From Candidatus Bathyarchaeota archaeon (GTDB lineage: Archaea > Thermoproteota > Bathyarchaeia > Bathyarchaeales > Bathycorpusculaceae), in the NCBI GenBank assembly GCA_963739305.1, contig CAVTZU010000020.1:86043-150042 (forward strand): a DNA stretch of 64,000 bases, in the 5' to 3' direction. The notes beneath the pieces were generated by a model, which had not been told where the DNA came from, did not search any database, and was given only the letters and a program-made list of their open reading frames with translations. Below, piece by piece: positions 61,356-64,000 of this stretch. A program made the translations under genes and the position numbers. Position 1 is the first letter of the stretch; each line of letters starts with the position of its first letter.

Positions 61356-61408
61356 ATTACCAAAAGGTAATTACCATCAGGTAATATATAAAATTACTGA
61401 TTGGTAAT
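61356..61408. promoter_or_regulatory. Three ATTAC(C/T)-N4-GGTAAT palindromes around the TATA box of the wHTH-hsp20 operon
   Basis: 61356-61371, 61370-61385 and 61393-61408; TTTATATAT on the minus strand at 61384-61392. Confidence 0.8.
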
Positions 61409-61773
61409 AAGATAGCGTATGTTTAGTAATAGATTTCTTGGTTTTGGAGTTCAGTCGTGACAATCCCGATTTGATGGGGAGAAGCGACGGTACTATCTTG
61501 ACGAGCTATATTATGCCGGTGAAGCAGTTTTGTGCCGAGAATGAGGAAGAGGAGAAGGTCTCGGATTCTTCTAGCTCCGGAAATGGTCATTTCGCTTTCG
61601 ACAATTAGGTGTGCAGTCAGGCATAGGATGTCTCAATGATGTCTTTGGAATGACTCTATACCTTAATTGGACAGAATCGATATTCAGAATCTGTATTCTG
61701 ACTTCTGAAAACTTTAGTCCGCAGCAATGATTTATAAAGCCAGCTATAACTGTTATCGTGGGAGGTACGCTGG

Positions 61774-62218
61774 GTGAGTGCTCGCGCTATAGATTGTACA
61801 TCATTCATTCTATCATTACACAAGCTATGGTGGTACAATTGAATCAGCTACCAAAATTCAGAAACTTGCTTTCCTTTCAATTCGGGAAAATGGCCTTACT
61901 CGATTCACGAATTTCAAATGGCATTACTACGGCCCTTTCTCTAAGGAAATTCAAGATACCGTCGACGTGCTAAAAAGTCAAGAAATTGTTTCTGAAGAAG
62001 AGATTAACCGAGTCAGTTACTCTGGGAAGGAATACACGATTAAGCGACTCAGTCTGACTGCAAAGGGAAGAAGATTGGCAGAAAGTGAAAATTGTAGAAG
62101 TGGCTCCGATAATGAAGCTGCACTATTGAAGACCATTGAGAAATATGGCGACAAGCGTTAGCCAAGATTCTTGATTACGTAGTACAAAGCATACAGCCCA
62201 AAGATTTGTAGAAACTAA
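61774..62218 (+). CDS. SocA/Panacea (DUF4065/YwgA)-like protein, frameshifted
   Basis: Manual read: IESATKIQKLAFL...FKWHYYGPFSKEIQDTV...SLTAKG. Confidence 0.65.
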
Positions 62219-62231
62219 TTTTGTGAGGCAT

Positions 62232-62703
62232 ATGGAACTCGCCGATCTCAGATGGGTATTTCAAGATTATCCGCTTGATGTTTTCGTTTAAACACCCAAG
62301 ATCATTTCAATCAAAGAGGTGAAGCTTCCGCAAGACATCGAAAAGGAGTTTAAGAGTGCAGTTGAGGTGTATCTGAACACTCTAGCTGACCTGATCAAAA
62401 ATAGAGCTGCTTATGCCAATAACGATGTAATAAGTGTCGCACATGGCTTTCAAAGCAGATCGAAGCTGTTAATGCGCTTGCGAACATCATTCGATTGTTG
62501 AAAACATGACTGATATTTTCGAGGCAGAAATCGATCGGGCTAGAGCGTTGGCAATTAGAAGCATGATTGAAATTCTGAACACAATAGCTCAGGAACTGAG
62601 CATCCTAAGAAATCAAGTTAGAGGCGCACGATTTCTAAGCAGAATTAGGGACAAGACGTATTTTGTTATCTCCAGAAAATCCCGCAGATTTTCAACATTA
62701 TAG
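62232..62703 (+). CDS. Hypothetical helical protein, fragmented
   Basis: ORFs 62319-62501 and 62506-62703 plus an upstream ATG at 62232. Confidence 0.35.
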
Positions 62704-62802
62704 CAACAATGATAACAATCGAACTCAAGCAAATCACGTCTTCTGAGATAGTCTCCGAATCGGAAGGGGAATCGTTTTCTCAGAAGCCTATTGAGGAATA
62801 TT

Positions 62803-63497
62803 GACTGACGAGTGAAATCTGCTTTATTCCAGATTCTCAGGTTATCTTTCCACCTGTGTTTTTGACGGATATCGAAGGCTCCTTATCCTTCGGACACATA
62901 CAAAGACTGCTTTGATTTACTCAGAAAACAGTAAATTACCTTATTTTGCCATCTGGCAAAACAGATTTCAGCAACCTAATAATTGAGAAACTTCACAAGT
63001 TTATTGCGGATGACTGGGGGACTTGGAAATGTAAGATCAAACAAGTAAAAAAGGAAGTTTATCGCAAAGACTAGGAGTCGTCTGAGAGCCATCAACACTT
63101 TTGGTAGGCGCTTCGGCGACTGATGTTGTTCTGGGAAGCTAACAGAGAATCTTTGGTCACTTGTAGCGTATGACATGTCGATAGTGCGGAAGAAAATGAT
63201 TCAGTTGACAACAGATAAGTGGGGCAGTTTTTTAGAATTGCAAAGGCATGTTGTGGAATTTAGCGGTGATGAAGAAAGACTTAGCAATGAACTATATACA
63301 CTGATTAAAGAGGCAAGAAGAAAAGGCGCAATCAATATTCAGCGCATGACCCAGACTTGTTAATCCTTGCTCATTGTTTTATTTACAAGAACAAACGGTT
63401 CCTTCAAGGTTTTATGTACTTGATCACTGATGACAGAGAACTTCACGGAACGACTGTTGAAATCATCGCGCATCCTAATCTGATTTTCCAGAGTTAA
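62803..63497 (+). pseudogene. Possible PIN-domain protein, heavily frameshifted
   Basis: N-terminal CFIPDSQVI and C-terminal LITDDREL acidic motifs lie in different frames. Confidence 0.35.
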
Positions 63498-64000
63498 AGA
63501 CTACTGATAAGTACGTTGGTTTTGAACCTTTGAAGCCTAGAAAATTCATTAGCGATTTTCAGACAAAGCCCAAGAGTTAGCTCGCTCAGTGACAATATGA
63601 TAAGCATGAGTAAAAATCATGGAATCACAGACCACGTGCGCGATGGCCTACGAGATTATTTTGATTAGTGTTTGCCTGTCTTTCTTAGTTAGTTTTAGAG
63701 TTAGAACTGACGAATCTGGATTCTGAGCAGAAGGACGTGGAAAGAATATCAGTATTGTTATGTCTCCTTCTTTTTTGATTTCGTAAGGAAAACCGCCAAG
63801 TTCATTTCGTTTCATATTTTACAATTGACATGTTAAACCTATTGAGTTTTCGGTTGATACGAGCCTTGAGAGATTGCAACATTTTTCTTTTAGGTGCAAA
63901 CTTGCCTCAGAGTAACAGGAACTTGTCGTTAGAGCGGTAGTACAAAACGAGGTTTGACTAGATTTTCGCAAGCCGTTCCGCCACCAAAGGAGAACTGAGA

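Noticed and set aside
7742-63497. Numerous split genes (luxC, luxE, 29178, 33714, 34122, NosD, solute-binding protein, wHTH, Panacea) read as pseudogenes or recoding sites
   Set aside because: Single-base shifts occur in host, island and viral genes alike, with otherwise intact motifs, which best fits uncorrected long-read indels. Only the chaperone site has a canonical slippery context.

Overview
Archaeal chromosome segment. A Cren7-like chromatin gene, many NosD/CARDB/dockerin surface proteins and archaeal promoter/RBS style suggest Bathyarchaeia (inference). The centre (~18.7-37.1 kb) is one co-directional, ~18.4 kb head-tail (Caudoviricetes/HK97-type) morphogenesis cluster. It runs: putative TerS, TerL, portal, protease-scaffold, major capsid, a membrane-anchored beta-helix spike, adaptor, gp10-like, tail terminator, tail tube, a tail chaperone with a -1 slippery site, a short (385 aa) tape measure, small tail-tip genes, membrane proteins, a paralogue of a host secreted protein, and a terminal ABC-ATPase/GNAT fusion. 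I see no integrase, repressor, replication gene or att/tRNA junction, and host-like genes flank it directly, so it is a candidate archaeal gene-transfer-agent-like (domesticated virus) system. The flanks contain htpX, a large TPR protein, an AT-rich luxE/luxC + HEPN island with a 3-copy promoter-like motif, a DUF5678/retropepsin pair and glycosylation genes. They also contain surface proteins, a lactate permease, Cren7, tRNA-Gly(GCC), an hsp20/wHTH operon with a triple palindromic operator and a frameshifted Panacea/PIN-like locus. (CG)4 tracts recur in intergenic spacers. Many genes are split by single-base frameshifts throughout the window, probably long-read indel errors rather than true pseudogenes.
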